A stretch of DNA of 64,000 nucleotides from a virus (taxonomy: Duplodnaviria; Caudoviricetes): the IMG/VR virus record IMGVR_UViG_3300034104_005543, positions 32,001 through 96,000 of that record, one strand, 5' to 3'. Positions 18,001 through 26,771 of the stretch are shown piece by piece. Made by a program: the position numbers and the translations under genes. Positions within the stretch are counted from its first letter, which is position 1. Every line of letters begins with the position of its first letter. The notes under the pieces are model-generated. The model ran no database searches. It worked only from the letters and a program-made list of their open reading frames with translations, and was not told the DNA's origin.

Positions 18001-20736
18001 GCCGGAAATATACTTAAACAAACTTTAGCTGACCAAGTTAATGTAGTAGGTCCCGCTTATAATGCAACAACTCAAATACTAGAAAATAATCCTAGCGATT
18101 ATGCAAGAACAGTTAACATTGCTTTAGAAGGATTAAAATCACCAGCACCTTTTTGGGGTGACTTAGCTATAAACGCACTACAAGAAGGAGTATCTTATAT
18201 GGGTAAGAAAAACCCTGTCGGTATAGATAGGTCTTACGAAACTCATTTTAAAAACGAGAAAGGACCTAAATATCGAGAAGGAGGAGAGAATCCTGAAGAC
18301 TGGACTAAGTTTACAGCTTTTAATAAAACGCTTCCTAATAATTTAAGAGATGATAACTTTAAATATGGAGACTACTCATACTATGATTTGTATGGCATGT
18401 GGGAAGCTGCAGGAAAACCTAATTCATTTAAAGAAGTAAAAGACACAGAGTTTTTTCCGTTACAAGATGATGGTTTGTATCATGGATTTAGCGTAGGTAA
18501 AGATGGTATAGTGTTAAAGAGTAAAAACCACCCTTCTGTTGTTTATGAAGCGCTAGCAAGTCAACTTAGTCCCTATACAAAAGATCTATTACTTACACAA
18601 AGAGAAGATGGTAGATTACAGTATGTACCTAAAAAACAAGCTGGTGGTGAGAATCTAATAGACATGTATTACAAAGGTTCTAATTACCCTTATAGAATAA
18701 AAGACGAAACTAAAAGAAACGAGCATATAAAAAATATATTCTTTAGAGATTTAGATGAAATACCCAGAGAATATCTTACAGAGGAAAACATTGAACAAGT
18801 AAAGAATTTTTTTAGAAAGAAATACAGAGGGTATGGAACAGAAAGAGGTTATGACGTAGGAGACAATTACATTGGTTTTGATTACAAAGACTTCGATGAC
18901 AAAATGTTTGCTAAGTTAGTAGAAGAATATTTAGATCAAGTATATTCTGATGAAGCGCCTTTAATTGTAACAAACGGTATTGAATCTATTTTAGCAAAAC
19001 AACGCAAAAATAGAGCAAAAAAACGAGATGGTGGGTCTTCATCAGAGATAGACCCTTGGGTAGAATATCACAAAAAACTAAAATTATATAATCAATATAA
19101 TAATGAAGAACAACCAGAATATGAATTAATTATAGACAAAAATACATTCCCTAATGAATTTGAAGAATATACTCAACACGATGAAGCAGTTAAGAAATAC
19201 ACTCAACAAGCATTTGATAATGAAGATTTATTTGTTAAAGAATTTGCTAAAAAGTATGGTTTAGAAACAGAAAGAAAAACTTCTAAAGACTCTTTAAGAA
19301 TTAAAGGAAGAGTTCCTGAAAGCTTATCTGAAGAGTTTTATAAAGGAAAAGTAAAAGTATTAGAGGATATTATGGAAAGTAAAGATTATAAGGATAGACT
19401 TAATCGAAAATATTATTTAAATAACATGTATGCTAGACCAAATGTTAAATTAAACGAGTATTGGAAAACAAAAAAAGATCCTAACTTTTCAGTAGATGGA
19501 ATAAAACCAACATCTTGGGAAGAAAAAATTATCGAACAAGGAAGAACTATGGTACCAATTGGAAGTAATTCATATGGTACAATATACGGGCAACCTGTAG
19601 GAAATCCAACAACAACTGAAAGTACCACTTATTATAAACCTATTTTTCAAAAACCATTAATGCCAAAGCTTAAAAAAATGCCATTAAGAAATATAACTCA
19701 AATATCTTATGATAAACCAGAAAGAGAATTTGTACCTTTAGATATTCCTATACAAAAACCTGCAAGAAACCCTCCTCAGAAATTTTATTATGGAATGGAT
19801 AAAAAACAAGAAAAAAGAAGATTAGCTGGTAAACCATATACAGCACTTAACTCTTCAGGTAATGAAATATACATAGCTTCTGGTGATACAAGATTAGATA
19901 GCGACCCTGAAAACACAATAGGTTATAATAAAGGTAGAGCTTATGTAGAAGGAGATAGAATGGAGGAGTTTGAACCGACTAGAGATACTCAAAATAATCC
20001 TATTTCTAAAGAACAAATGGGCGGTAATATATACGATAAAGAAACTGATAATCTATTAGCTCAGATAGCTTCCATGATAGCTGATGGGGAAGACCCTGAT
20101 ATGTTAGCAGGTTCTTTAGTAGATACTGGTTATTCAGAAGAGGTAGTAGATTCTTTAGTAGAAGAAGCGATTGATAGATTATCAGAACTAGGTGATTACG
20201 AAGAAGAAGACATCAATCAAATAGAAGATATTAAAGTTCTTAGAGAAGGTGGTATTCCTGATAGATACAAAAACCAAGGTTTTACTAAAGTGGGTGCAAA
20301 ACGCAAATCTAATCGTCCTGGTAAAAAATGGATGGTACTTGCTAAAAAAGGCAACAAATATAAAATAGTGCACGGTGGTTATAAAGGGATGAAAGATTAC
20401 ACCCAGCATGGTTCAGAAGAAAGAAGAGAAAGATTCTGGGACAGAATGGGTGGTAAAAATTCTGCTAAAGCTAAAGATCAGTTTAGTCCTTTGTACTGGC
20501 ATAAAAGATTTGGTACTTGGCAAGACGGAGGTAAAACTCCTATTGAACACCCTGAAGGACAAAGAAAATTTCCTGGTAAAACAACTAGAATTCCTTCTAA
20601 CAGAATTACAATGGAAGGAATTAACTATCCTGTTTTAGCAATTGGAGATAATGGAAAAGCAAATTTAATGCTACCAGGTGAAGAATATTTGTATCTTGGT
20701 GTAAATTATGTAGATGAAGTTCCATTTTCTAAATAA
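15043..20736 (+). CDS. modular GG-punctuated putative virion cargo polyprotein
   Basis: 1897 aa, no Cys seen; ten xxxGG motifs separate unrelated domains; internal duplication. Confidence 0.6.
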   Translation: MKKLLKAQKGTQWIGPSGYVGKSNVNKPAVTKVEAAGVYVNTVPQTEGMQYIDSRTPEQKKADEIAYLQRRMNPWTDPSASGAMISIDPIGDAVNPLLVAESIASIPGQILEGDYFGAGMNALEALPFAGSAFRGLKRTRFPHITNSNVDAKELFDFSSTTSNSIKIDPTKLEDAKGFLKRRQFIKGLQKEGLIGKDFNLGDVNYAARSTDKTNKLTQFALNREATRFRGVKGSVPKDGKGIQDNTGISFDMSRPHYYNEISEFENMKNAGVDFNDPLSIAKYQASHVPMEQYGYTSGLPDNRYLGGLYLSSTPNYYGNYQIRMTSPRDYSTGNYQNWFNKYFHPENNFDDLSKGFRRFDFNPVLSYERPMAMYKGSTNVMGKRGSKMFDVDESFPFMDYKNLTPEQNLEFKKYIDDLLQDYKIGWRGKYKNGGSLPKYQDKGSWKGPAGYAGSNRSVAKSTATAAGVTTQKSLPVKVEIEEDFDNTYQTEKERQRIVQQQYEQSQNQGWREPQGGGLISIDPIGDAVNPLLTIEGLANIPSDISEGNYLSAGMNALEAVPFLGAGFKGAKQASSYFNKIDNALLQIEKEGLQKGLTQFEIAKEQMEKLGITSKQRKGYLPIVSELLTEYVVPYSYDNATKRILQIPQKIILGKTNSKILTDDISKVIMSIDTKNPLVSTNRYDAWRLYSGLPQKYNTFRIAETAPINHPAYTPEQLKNLEIFSINNENRLLNDLPNIADLAPWFYYNPKYASVQDLKLLKEEKKKIDALDNSLQTKESDFTTTNIMGGYNQRFYNNVMEYNDIWDLVPGNVKLEKFFGKPFMSHGVLEYSPKEFSELVTNLIAQRENNILRNNSVQYFNHSNNAVKLNILNPSNYTKQSYPMGDYLRHNVNSAVKQKQKNGGMIRRKDGSYSRRGLWDNIRDNAGSGKKPTAEMLKQERKIRNEKKEMGGFFPTSTTGVPYQDKEYMYQGGGETENWLTKLLNTPAGNILKQTLADQVNVVGPAYNATTQILENNPSDYARTVNIALEGLKSPAPFWGDLAINALQEGVSYMGKKNPVGIDRSYETHFKNEKGPKYREGGENPEDWTKFTAFNKTLPNNLRDDNFKYGDYSYYDLYGMWEAAGKPNSFKEVKDTEFFPLQDDGLYHGFSVGKDGIVLKSKNHPSVVYEALASQLSPYTKDLLLTQREDGRLQYVPKKQAGGENLIDMYYKGSNYPYRIKDETKRNEHIKNIFFRDLDEIPREYLTEENIEQVKNFFRKKYRGYGTERGYDVGDNYIGFDYKDFDDKMFAKLVEEYLDQVYSDEAPLIVTNGIESILAKQRKNRAKKRDGGSSSEIDPWVEYHKKLKLYNQYNNEEQPEYELIIDKNTFPNEFEEYTQHDEAVKKYTQQAFDNEDLFVKEFAKKYGLETERKTSKDSLRIKGRVPESLSEEFYKGKVKVLEDIMESKDYKDRLNRKYYLNNMYARPNVKLNEYWKTKKDPNFSVDGIKPTSWEEKIIEQGRTMVPIGSNSYGTIYGQPVGNPTTTESTTYYKPIFQKPLMPKLKKMPLRNITQISYDKPEREFVPLDIPIQKPARNPPQKFYYGMDKKQEKRRLAGKPYTALNSSGNEIYIASGDTRLDSDPENTIGYNKGRAYVEGDRMEEFEPTRDTQNNPISKEQMGGNIYDKETDNLLAQIASMIADGEDPDMLAGSLVDTGYSEEVVDSLVEEAIDRLSELGDYEEEDINQIEDIKVLREGGIPDRYKNQGFTKVGAKRKSNRPGKKWMVLAKKGNKYKIVHGGYKGMKDYTQHGSEERRERFWDRMGGKNSAKAKDQFSPLYWHKRFGTWQDGGKTPIEHPEGQRKFPGKTTRIPSNRITMEGINYPVLAIGDNGKANLMLPGEEYLYLGVNYVDEVPFSK
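15058..16755 (+). repeat. two diverged copies of a ~130-aa module (about 15058-15455 and 16353-16755)
   Basis: W.GP.GY.G.N...AAGV...ISIDPIGDAVNPLL..E..A.IP..I.EG.Y..AGMNALEA.PF.G..F.G.K occurs twice; cores start at 15295 and 16597. Confidence 0.85.
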
Positions 20737-20765
20737 ATTTCGTAAATTAGATAAACTATAGTTAT

Positions 20766-21578
20766 ATGAAAAAGTCGTCAAAACCCTGTTATAAGTGCGG
20801 TGGTAATGTAAAAATGCAAGAAGGTGGTTCTGCAGAACAAGACCAAATTATGCAAGTAATTCAAATGTTCGCAGACATGCAAGGTGTTGATCCTGAAGAA
20901 ATAATTCAACAACTGCAAGGATTATCTTCAAAAGAACAACAGCAAGCTATTCAGCAGATGATGCAAGTAGTACAGCAAGGTCAAGGGCAACAGATGAGAA
21001 TGGGTGGTAGTAGATATCAAGAAGGTGGGAGTACTGAGCAAGATCAAATAATGCAGATTATTCAAATGTTTGCTGAGATACAAGGTGTAGATCCCCAAGA
21101 AATTATGCAGAGACTTCAGCAATTAAGTCCTGAACAACAGCAACAAGCTATACAACAAATGGCGCAGGTTGTTCAAGAAGCTATGCAACAACAACAGGGT
21201 ATGCCTCAACAAGGTATGCAACAGCAGATGATGCCACCTGAACAACAAGCAATGATGGCGCAAGGTGGTTCTTGGTACTATGGTGGTTATATGAATCACC
21301 CTATGATGGAACCTAATGGTTATCAGCACCCTGTAGCATTATTTGAAATGGGTGGTATGAATCAAATGAAGCAAGGTGGTATTCATATTGACCCTCGTAA
21401 AAAAGGTACATTCAAAGCTCAAGCTACTAAAATGGGTATGAGTGTTCAAGAAGCAGCGCGTCATATTCTTAGAAATAAAGATAAGTATTCTACCGCGATG
21501 GTTCGTAAAGCAAACTTTGCTAGGCAAGCAAGTAAATGGAAAAATGAATTTGGTGGAGATATATACGTAGAAGATTAA
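20766..21578 (+). CDS. Gln/Met-rich GG-motif putative cargo protein
   Basis: 270 aa; nine xxxGG motifs; C-terminal basic GGIHIDP...KANFARQASKWK domain. Confidence 0.6.
   Translation: MKKSSKPCYKCGGNVKMQEGGSAEQDQIMQVIQMFADMQGVDPEEIIQQLQGLSSKEQQQAIQQMMQVVQQGQGQQMRMGGSRYQEGGSTEQDQIMQIIQMFAEIQGVDPQEIMQRLQQLSPEQQQQAIQQMAQVVQEAMQQQQGMPQQGMQQQMMPPEQQAMMAQGGSWYYGGYMNHPMMEPNGYQHPVALFEMGGMNQMKQGGIHIDPRKKGTFKAQATKMGMSVQEAARHILRNKDKYSTAMVRKANFARQASKWKNEFGGDIYVED
20817..21179 (+). repeat. tandem duplication, 201-nt period
   Basis: QEGGS.EQDQIMQ.IQMFA..QGVDP.EI.Q.LQ.LS..QQQQAIQQM.QVVQ-like unit at 20817 and 21018. Confidence 0.85.
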
Positions 21579-21583
21579 GTATT

Positions 21584-22312
21584 ATGAAAGGAACAACTAC
21601 ATATAAAATATGTCATCAGTGTTCTGTCAATTTGCCAGAAAACAGAAAAAACTATCGTTCTTCTAGAATACATAGCAAAGAGGTTTTTCACATGGTTTGT
21701 AGAACATGCGAAGATTCTATTAAATTAAAACCTGAGTGGTTTGAAGGCAAGTTATTGTGTCATAAATGTGCTGACTACAAAGATGAAGTTGTTTTTACAC
21801 CAAATAACACTTTAAATGCTACAAGAAATTATAGAAGGTATATATGCAATAATTGTAATAAAATACGACAACATAAATTAAATGCTTCTTTTTCTGAAGA
21901 TAAAAAATTAGATAAAATTTTAACTAGTAGATACAGAGGTGCTGTAGATAGATCTTTGAAATCTAATATAGAATTTTCTATAAGTAAAGCATTTCTTCAT
22001 GATTTATATATAAAACAAAAAGGAAAATGTGCCTTATCAAATTTAGATATGACTTTTGAATTAAATGCAGGAAGAACTCCAACTAATTTAAGTGTGGATA
22101 GAATAAATCCAAACGAAGGATATACAGAAAATAATACACAATTAGTATGTATGGCTATAAACCAAATGAAAAGCGATTTTACGAATGATGAGATATATAA
22201 ATTTTGTAAAAATTTTGTTCTCACATATGAGGAAAAAAATAAAAGCGAAGAAAACTTTGCTAAAGAATTTGGTGGTCAATTAGATGATCAAGATTTAATG
22301 GAACTTTATTAA
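21584..22312 (+). CDS. free-standing HNH-like endonuclease with Zn-finger CxxC pairs
   Basis: Four N-terminal CxxC pairs; KQKGKCALS...LSVDRINPNEGYTENNTQLVCMAINQMK is a beta-beta-alpha-Me nuclease signature. Confidence 0.75.
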   Translation: MKGTTTYKICHQCSVNLPENRKNYRSSRIHSKEVFHMVCRTCEDSIKLKPEWFEGKLLCHKCADYKDEVVFTPNNTLNATRNYRRYICNNCNKIRQHKLNASFSEDKKLDKILTSRYRGAVDRSLKSNIEFSISKAFLHDLYIKQKGKCALSNLDMTFELNAGRTPTNLSVDRINPNEGYTENNTQLVCMAINQMKSDFTNDEIYKFCKNFVLTYEEKNKSEENFAKEFGGQLDDQDLMELY

Positions 22313-22313
22313 C

Positions 22314-24341
22314 ATGAAGAAAAAAGATTTTCCTTATTTGCCTAAAGCTCAAGTAGGTAAAGAACATGACGGACTTACTGTAGCAGAAAGAGCTCTACTA
22401 CTTGCCGATGATTTATTTGAATCTACTACTACATCAAATTTAGTAAAATCTAAAAGCGTTAAATCAGAATCTAATAGCAAAACTTTTACTAAAAAAGATT
22501 CTGTTAAAGAAACAAGAAAGCCTATACTAATAGATGTAGTTAATAGTATATATAGTGAATCTTCTCCTCTAGGAAATACTCAATATATTCCTGTAGGAGA
22601 TCCTAGATATGATAAGGCTAGAAGAAAAAGACCTCCAGGAGACTTTATAACTTACTGGAATGAAGATTCTCAAACATGGTTAAATACTTATAACCCTGAG
22701 AATTATAAAAATGTTTCTGTAATTGGAGTTCCTTCAGACAGAATAGGTGATCAAGGAGAATGGATAAGAAGAGATCAGCTTAAAGAGAAAGTTAGTTATG
22801 CAGGTCGCGGATATAGGAACAATCCTGATTATGAAATCGGAGGTTCTACAGAACCTACAAAAGAATTTTATGATTTTTATGAAAAAGTAAAGAAAAAATA
22901 TCCTAATGCAAGTGAAGAGCAAATTTTAAATGTTTGGGAAAAAAGTTATTTAAAAGGAGAAAGTTATAAAAATCCTTTTTTAGCAGTTACTCCTTTAATA
23001 CCTGGTTCACAGTCTACCTTTGAACAATATGGTATAAGTGAACCTTATATTAATAACGCATCGTATTTTAATGAAACACCGTATCCTCAAAAGGTAAGAG
23101 ATATCGATTATAATGATCCTTTAGTTTATCCTACTGTTGTTGATAATGAAGAAATACCAACTAGATTTACAAATCCTTTTTTACCTGAATCAACTAAAAA
23201 ATTACCGGGATATTTATCACAATTAGATAGAATGCCTACTAGATCTGTTACTCAAATAGGTAGTCCTTCTAGTCTTGTGTATGATCCTAAAAAGGCTAAA
23301 AGTGTAAGTAAAGCAATTAATAAATTAGCTAAAGAAGATGCTGAATACAGAAGAAACCAGCGTGAAGCAGATGAAGTTATTCTTCCTACTGAAGAATCAA
23401 CTAGTTGGAGAGTAAATGAAGAAGCACCTACTTCTAATGCTGATATGTACGCTTCTGAAATTTCAAAAGACTGGGAAACTGTTGTACCTGAATTTAGAGT
23501 AAAAACTAAACCTAAAGTTGATACAAGTCCTGTTGTAGTAGACATAACATCTAATCCCAATTATGATTGGGGGTATGCTATGAATAATAAAGGTAACATT
23601 GAATATAAAACAGAATCCCCTAATTTTATTGAAAGAAACGCTCCTGTATATAAAAAAGGAGGCTATTTACCTAAAGCTTTGTTTGGTAACATGTTCAAAA
23701 AAAATAAACAACCTTATGGTCCTACTGCATTTACAGATCAGTTTTCTCAATGGCAAGATAATAGTCAAACTGCTAAAAATGCACAAAGACAACCTCAAGC
23801 AAATCCTATGTTTATGTCAGGTCAAAACGCACCTATGACATCAAATGTAGATAATATACAAGGTACAGGAACAGAACTTATTTTAAATCTTAATAAACCT
23901 TCTAATACAAATACTAAAGTAGAAGAAGATCCATTAAGTTGGTATGAACAAGATGAAGCATTTGATCCTCTTAAAGTAAATTTTGATAAAAACACAAAAT
24001 CAGAACCTTCTTTTGGTCAAAAAGTAGGGGCTTTTGCTAAAGGTATGTGGAAAGGAGCTAATGCAGATAACATACTACTAGGTACAAAAGCTCTTAATAA
24101 TTTATTAGAAAAAACACCGGACTATGATCAGTTTCAAAGAAACTATAAAGAACCAGGTCAATCTATGAGTAGAGGAGATTGGACTACTAATCAAGGTTTC
24201 TTACAACCTAATCGTTTAGGTTATTTTGATAAGTTTTCAGTAGGAACAGGGAGTATGCAATTTGGTGGTGAGGTAGATATGACCGATGATGAAATTTATG
24301 AGTTTTTGGCAGCGGGTGGAGAATTGGAGTTTATAGATTAA
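22314..24341 (+). CDS. GG-motif putative cargo protein
   Basis: 675 aa, no Cys seen; LPKAQVG, YEIGG, YKKGGYLPKA and MQFGG motifs; low-complexity segments. Confidence 0.55.
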   Translation: MKKKDFPYLPKAQVGKEHDGLTVAERALLLADDLFESTTTSNLVKSKSVKSESNSKTFTKKDSVKETRKPILIDVVNSIYSESSPLGNTQYIPVGDPRYDKARRKRPPGDFITYWNEDSQTWLNTYNPENYKNVSVIGVPSDRIGDQGEWIRRDQLKEKVSYAGRGYRNNPDYEIGGSTEPTKEFYDFYEKVKKKYPNASEEQILNVWEKSYLKGESYKNPFLAVTPLIPGSQSTFEQYGISEPYINNASYFNETPYPQKVRDIDYNDPLVYPTVVDNEEIPTRFTNPFLPESTKKLPGYLSQLDRMPTRSVTQIGSPSSLVYDPKKAKSVSKAINKLAKEDAEYRRNQREADEVILPTEESTSWRVNEEAPTSNADMYASEISKDWETVVPEFRVKTKPKVDTSPVVVDITSNPNYDWGYAMNNKGNIEYKTESPNFIERNAPVYKKGGYLPKALFGNMFKKNKQPYGPTAFTDQFSQWQDNSQTAKNAQRQPQANPMFMSGQNAPMTSNVDNIQGTGTELILNLNKPSNTNTKVEEDPLSWYEQDEAFDPLKVNFDKNTKSEPSFGQKVGAFAKGMWKGANADNILLGTKALNNLLEKTPDYDQFQRNYKEPGQSMSRGDWTTNQGFLQPNRLGYFDKFSVGTGSMQFGGEVDMTDDEIYEFLAAGGELEFID

Positions 24342-24358
24342 TTTTGTATTTTTAGATT

Positions 24359-26701
24359 ATGATGAGACGTGTAAAAATTACTAAACTTCCTGAAGCTGGT
24401 TATGGTAGACCCATATCAGAAGGGTGGAGTACAAAAAATAAAAATGGTTATACTGCTAGTTTGCTATCAGATAAGACTTCTTCTCCTGTAAGAAAAACAC
24501 TTACTAGTGTTCCTAGAGGAGAAGCTAATGTAGAAGCAGAAGGTGGAGAAACCGTAGTTGGTGATTTTCAAAAAGACGGTCTTGATGAATTTTACAACAT
24601 TCAAGGACCCCGTCACGCAGATGGTCCCGGTGTACCTCTAAACTTACCAGAGTCTTTTATTTTCTCAGACACAAAGAAGATGAGAATCAACAATCCTGAT
24701 TTGTTAAAAATCTTTGGTAAGTCTAAAGGTTCTTATACTCCAGCGGCATTGTCTAAAAAATATCAACTAAACGATTACAACGCTACTCTAACTAATAAAG
24801 ATGCTGATACTTTAGAGAAAGAGACTGCGGAATTAATGATTAATAACAACCGTGATAAATTATCGAAATTATCTATTATACAAGAAGTTTATTTAAAGGG
24901 TGGTAATGTACCTAAATTCGCTTATCCCTACTTAGAAAAGAAAGGTATTAGTACTAGCCAGTTAGCAACTGACCAAGATGACATAAATGAAGAACAGTAT
25001 AGATATGGTGGGTATTTAGATAAATATCAAAATGCAGGTTCAACAAAATCTTCTAAAAAAGGCGCTACTGAACAACCTATATATACATTACCATTAGCAG
25101 ATAATAGTTATATAGATCGAGGTTCAAACACTGAACTAAACAATTCTTTTCCTATGTCAGACAATAACGGAGCTTTTTTTGAACAAGGTAGTAGAATTAT
25201 AAACACATACAATAATGGTTTACCTAACGATACCTCATATATATATATGAAAAATATTGATAAAGGAGGTAATCCTCTTACTGAATCTTTTTATTATAAT
25301 ACAGGGCAAAACATGCCTGATAAAAAACCGGTATCAAACTTTCAAGGTTCAAATCAAAATACTAATCAATATTATTTTGATGCTATAAATAGATTAACAG
25401 GTTTAGATTCATTAAATAAAAAGAAAGTTGGTGGGTATTTACCTAAAGCTCAAGTAGGGGACGATCGTTTTAATCCCGCAGATACTACAAAAGCAAGAAT
25501 TGTAGATAAAATTCCTGAAGGTTTTAAACCATACCAAGAAGATCCTAATTATGCACGGAAAATAACACAAGGTCGACAAATAAATGCTGCTACGCAAGGT
25601 ACTCATACAATCGAAGGTGTTATTAATAATAAAGGAACATATTCTACTTTTCATAAAGCAGCCGTAGAAGCAGGTATTACAGATCCTGAAGAATTAAAAA
25701 AAGCAGCTGCTGACTATTTAGGTCCTAATCCTAGATTACCATCTAAAAAAGAAGTAGTTAGAGTACAACCTGTTGCACCTGCTGCTCCTTCAGAACCATT
25801 AGAAAAAATGGTTCCTAGAAGTGTTACGATTCCACCTCCTTCTGTAGAAAGAACAGGACCTCCTGCTTTTGGTACACCTGAACAAGAAACTACTGATGAT
25901 GAACAAAAACAAACCTACGACTACTCTCAATATCCCAGTCAACCTTTCTTTAAATCAGATGTAGTAGATTTATATGGTTCAGCTTTTTCTTTATTTGATA
26001 ATACTGATGTAGGTCCTACATATCAAAGAGTAGCAGGTCCTAGGACTATTAATCCTGTATTAGAAGACCCTACTCGTGCTATTGCTAATAGACAAGAAGG
26101 TGCTGCTAGAGCTACAGACGCTATAAAAGCATTTGGTAGAAACCCTTCATCTGCAGCATCTTACATGCAAGGTTTAGCAGCAGGTGATACCGCTGATATA
26201 ATAAGTGGTGTAAATCAAAGAAACATAGGTACCTTAAATCAAGCGCAAGGGTTTAATGCTCAAATGTTAGGTAACTATGATAGAAGTCGTCAAATGGCTG
26301 ATAGACAATATGATGTAGATTTAGCTACTTACTTGCAACAAAAAGCTAATACTAGAGCTCAAAAGAGAAATGTATTTACTAACAAGTTATCTCAAGCTTA
26401 TACTAATCAAGGTAATGTAAACTTGTTAAACGCTCAAGATCCAAGTTTTATGTTTAATACTAGAGCAAATAATATTCGGTTTACAGGACAACCTGGTTCT
26501 GGACAATCTTCAACACAACCTGGTTTTGCAGGAAAAAATTACAAAGACATGACTCCTGCAGAAAAAGATGAATATTTAAAAGAATTAGATATACAAGATA
26601 AGGAATCACGTATAGCAAGTCGTAATCAATTTGGTTATGTACCTAGACGAGGAGGTGCTGGTTGGAGACAACAAGCAGGTTTACCTGGTAGTAGACAGTA
26701 G
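24359..26701 (+). CDS. putative virion cargo/ejection protein
   Basis: 780 aa, no Cys seen; ANVEAEGGETV...GPRHADGPGVP...FIFSD N-terminal domain recalled from crAss-like cargo proteins; GG motifs; Q/N/A-rich C-terminus. Confidence 0.55.
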   Translation: MMRRVKITKLPEAGYGRPISEGWSTKNKNGYTASLLSDKTSSPVRKTLTSVPRGEANVEAEGGETVVGDFQKDGLDEFYNIQGPRHADGPGVPLNLPESFIFSDTKKMRINNPDLLKIFGKSKGSYTPAALSKKYQLNDYNATLTNKDADTLEKETAELMINNNRDKLSKLSIIQEVYLKGGNVPKFAYPYLEKKGISTSQLATDQDDINEEQYRYGGYLDKYQNAGSTKSSKKGATEQPIYTLPLADNSYIDRGSNTELNNSFPMSDNNGAFFEQGSRIINTYNNGLPNDTSYIYMKNIDKGGNPLTESFYYNTGQNMPDKKPVSNFQGSNQNTNQYYFDAINRLTGLDSLNKKKVGGYLPKAQVGDDRFNPADTTKARIVDKIPEGFKPYQEDPNYARKITQGRQINAATQGTHTIEGVINNKGTYSTFHKAAVEAGITDPEELKKAAADYLGPNPRLPSKKEVVRVQPVAPAAPSEPLEKMVPRSVTIPPPSVERTGPPAFGTPEQETTDDEQKQTYDYSQYPSQPFFKSDVVDLYGSAFSLFDNTDVGPTYQRVAGPRTINPVLEDPTRAIANRQEGAARATDAIKAFGRNPSSAASYMQGLAAGDTADIISGVNQRNIGTLNQAQGFNAQMLGNYDRSRQMADRQYDVDLATYLQQKANTRAQKRNVFTNKLSQAYTNQGNVNLLNAQDPSFMFNTRANNIRFTGQPGSGQSSTQPGFAGKNYKDMTPAEKDEYLKELDIQDKESRIASRNQFGYVPRRGGAGWRQQAGLPGSRQ

Positions 26702-26771
26702 ATAAATTTTAAAAATTTATTAAACTTGTAATGTTAAAATAGCTATATTAGTGTGAAATATTCATACTAAT

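Noticed and set aside
21584-22312. HNH gene as part of a second intron
   Set aside because: Only 5 nt and 1 nt of flanking intergenic sequence and no P/Q/R/S elements seen
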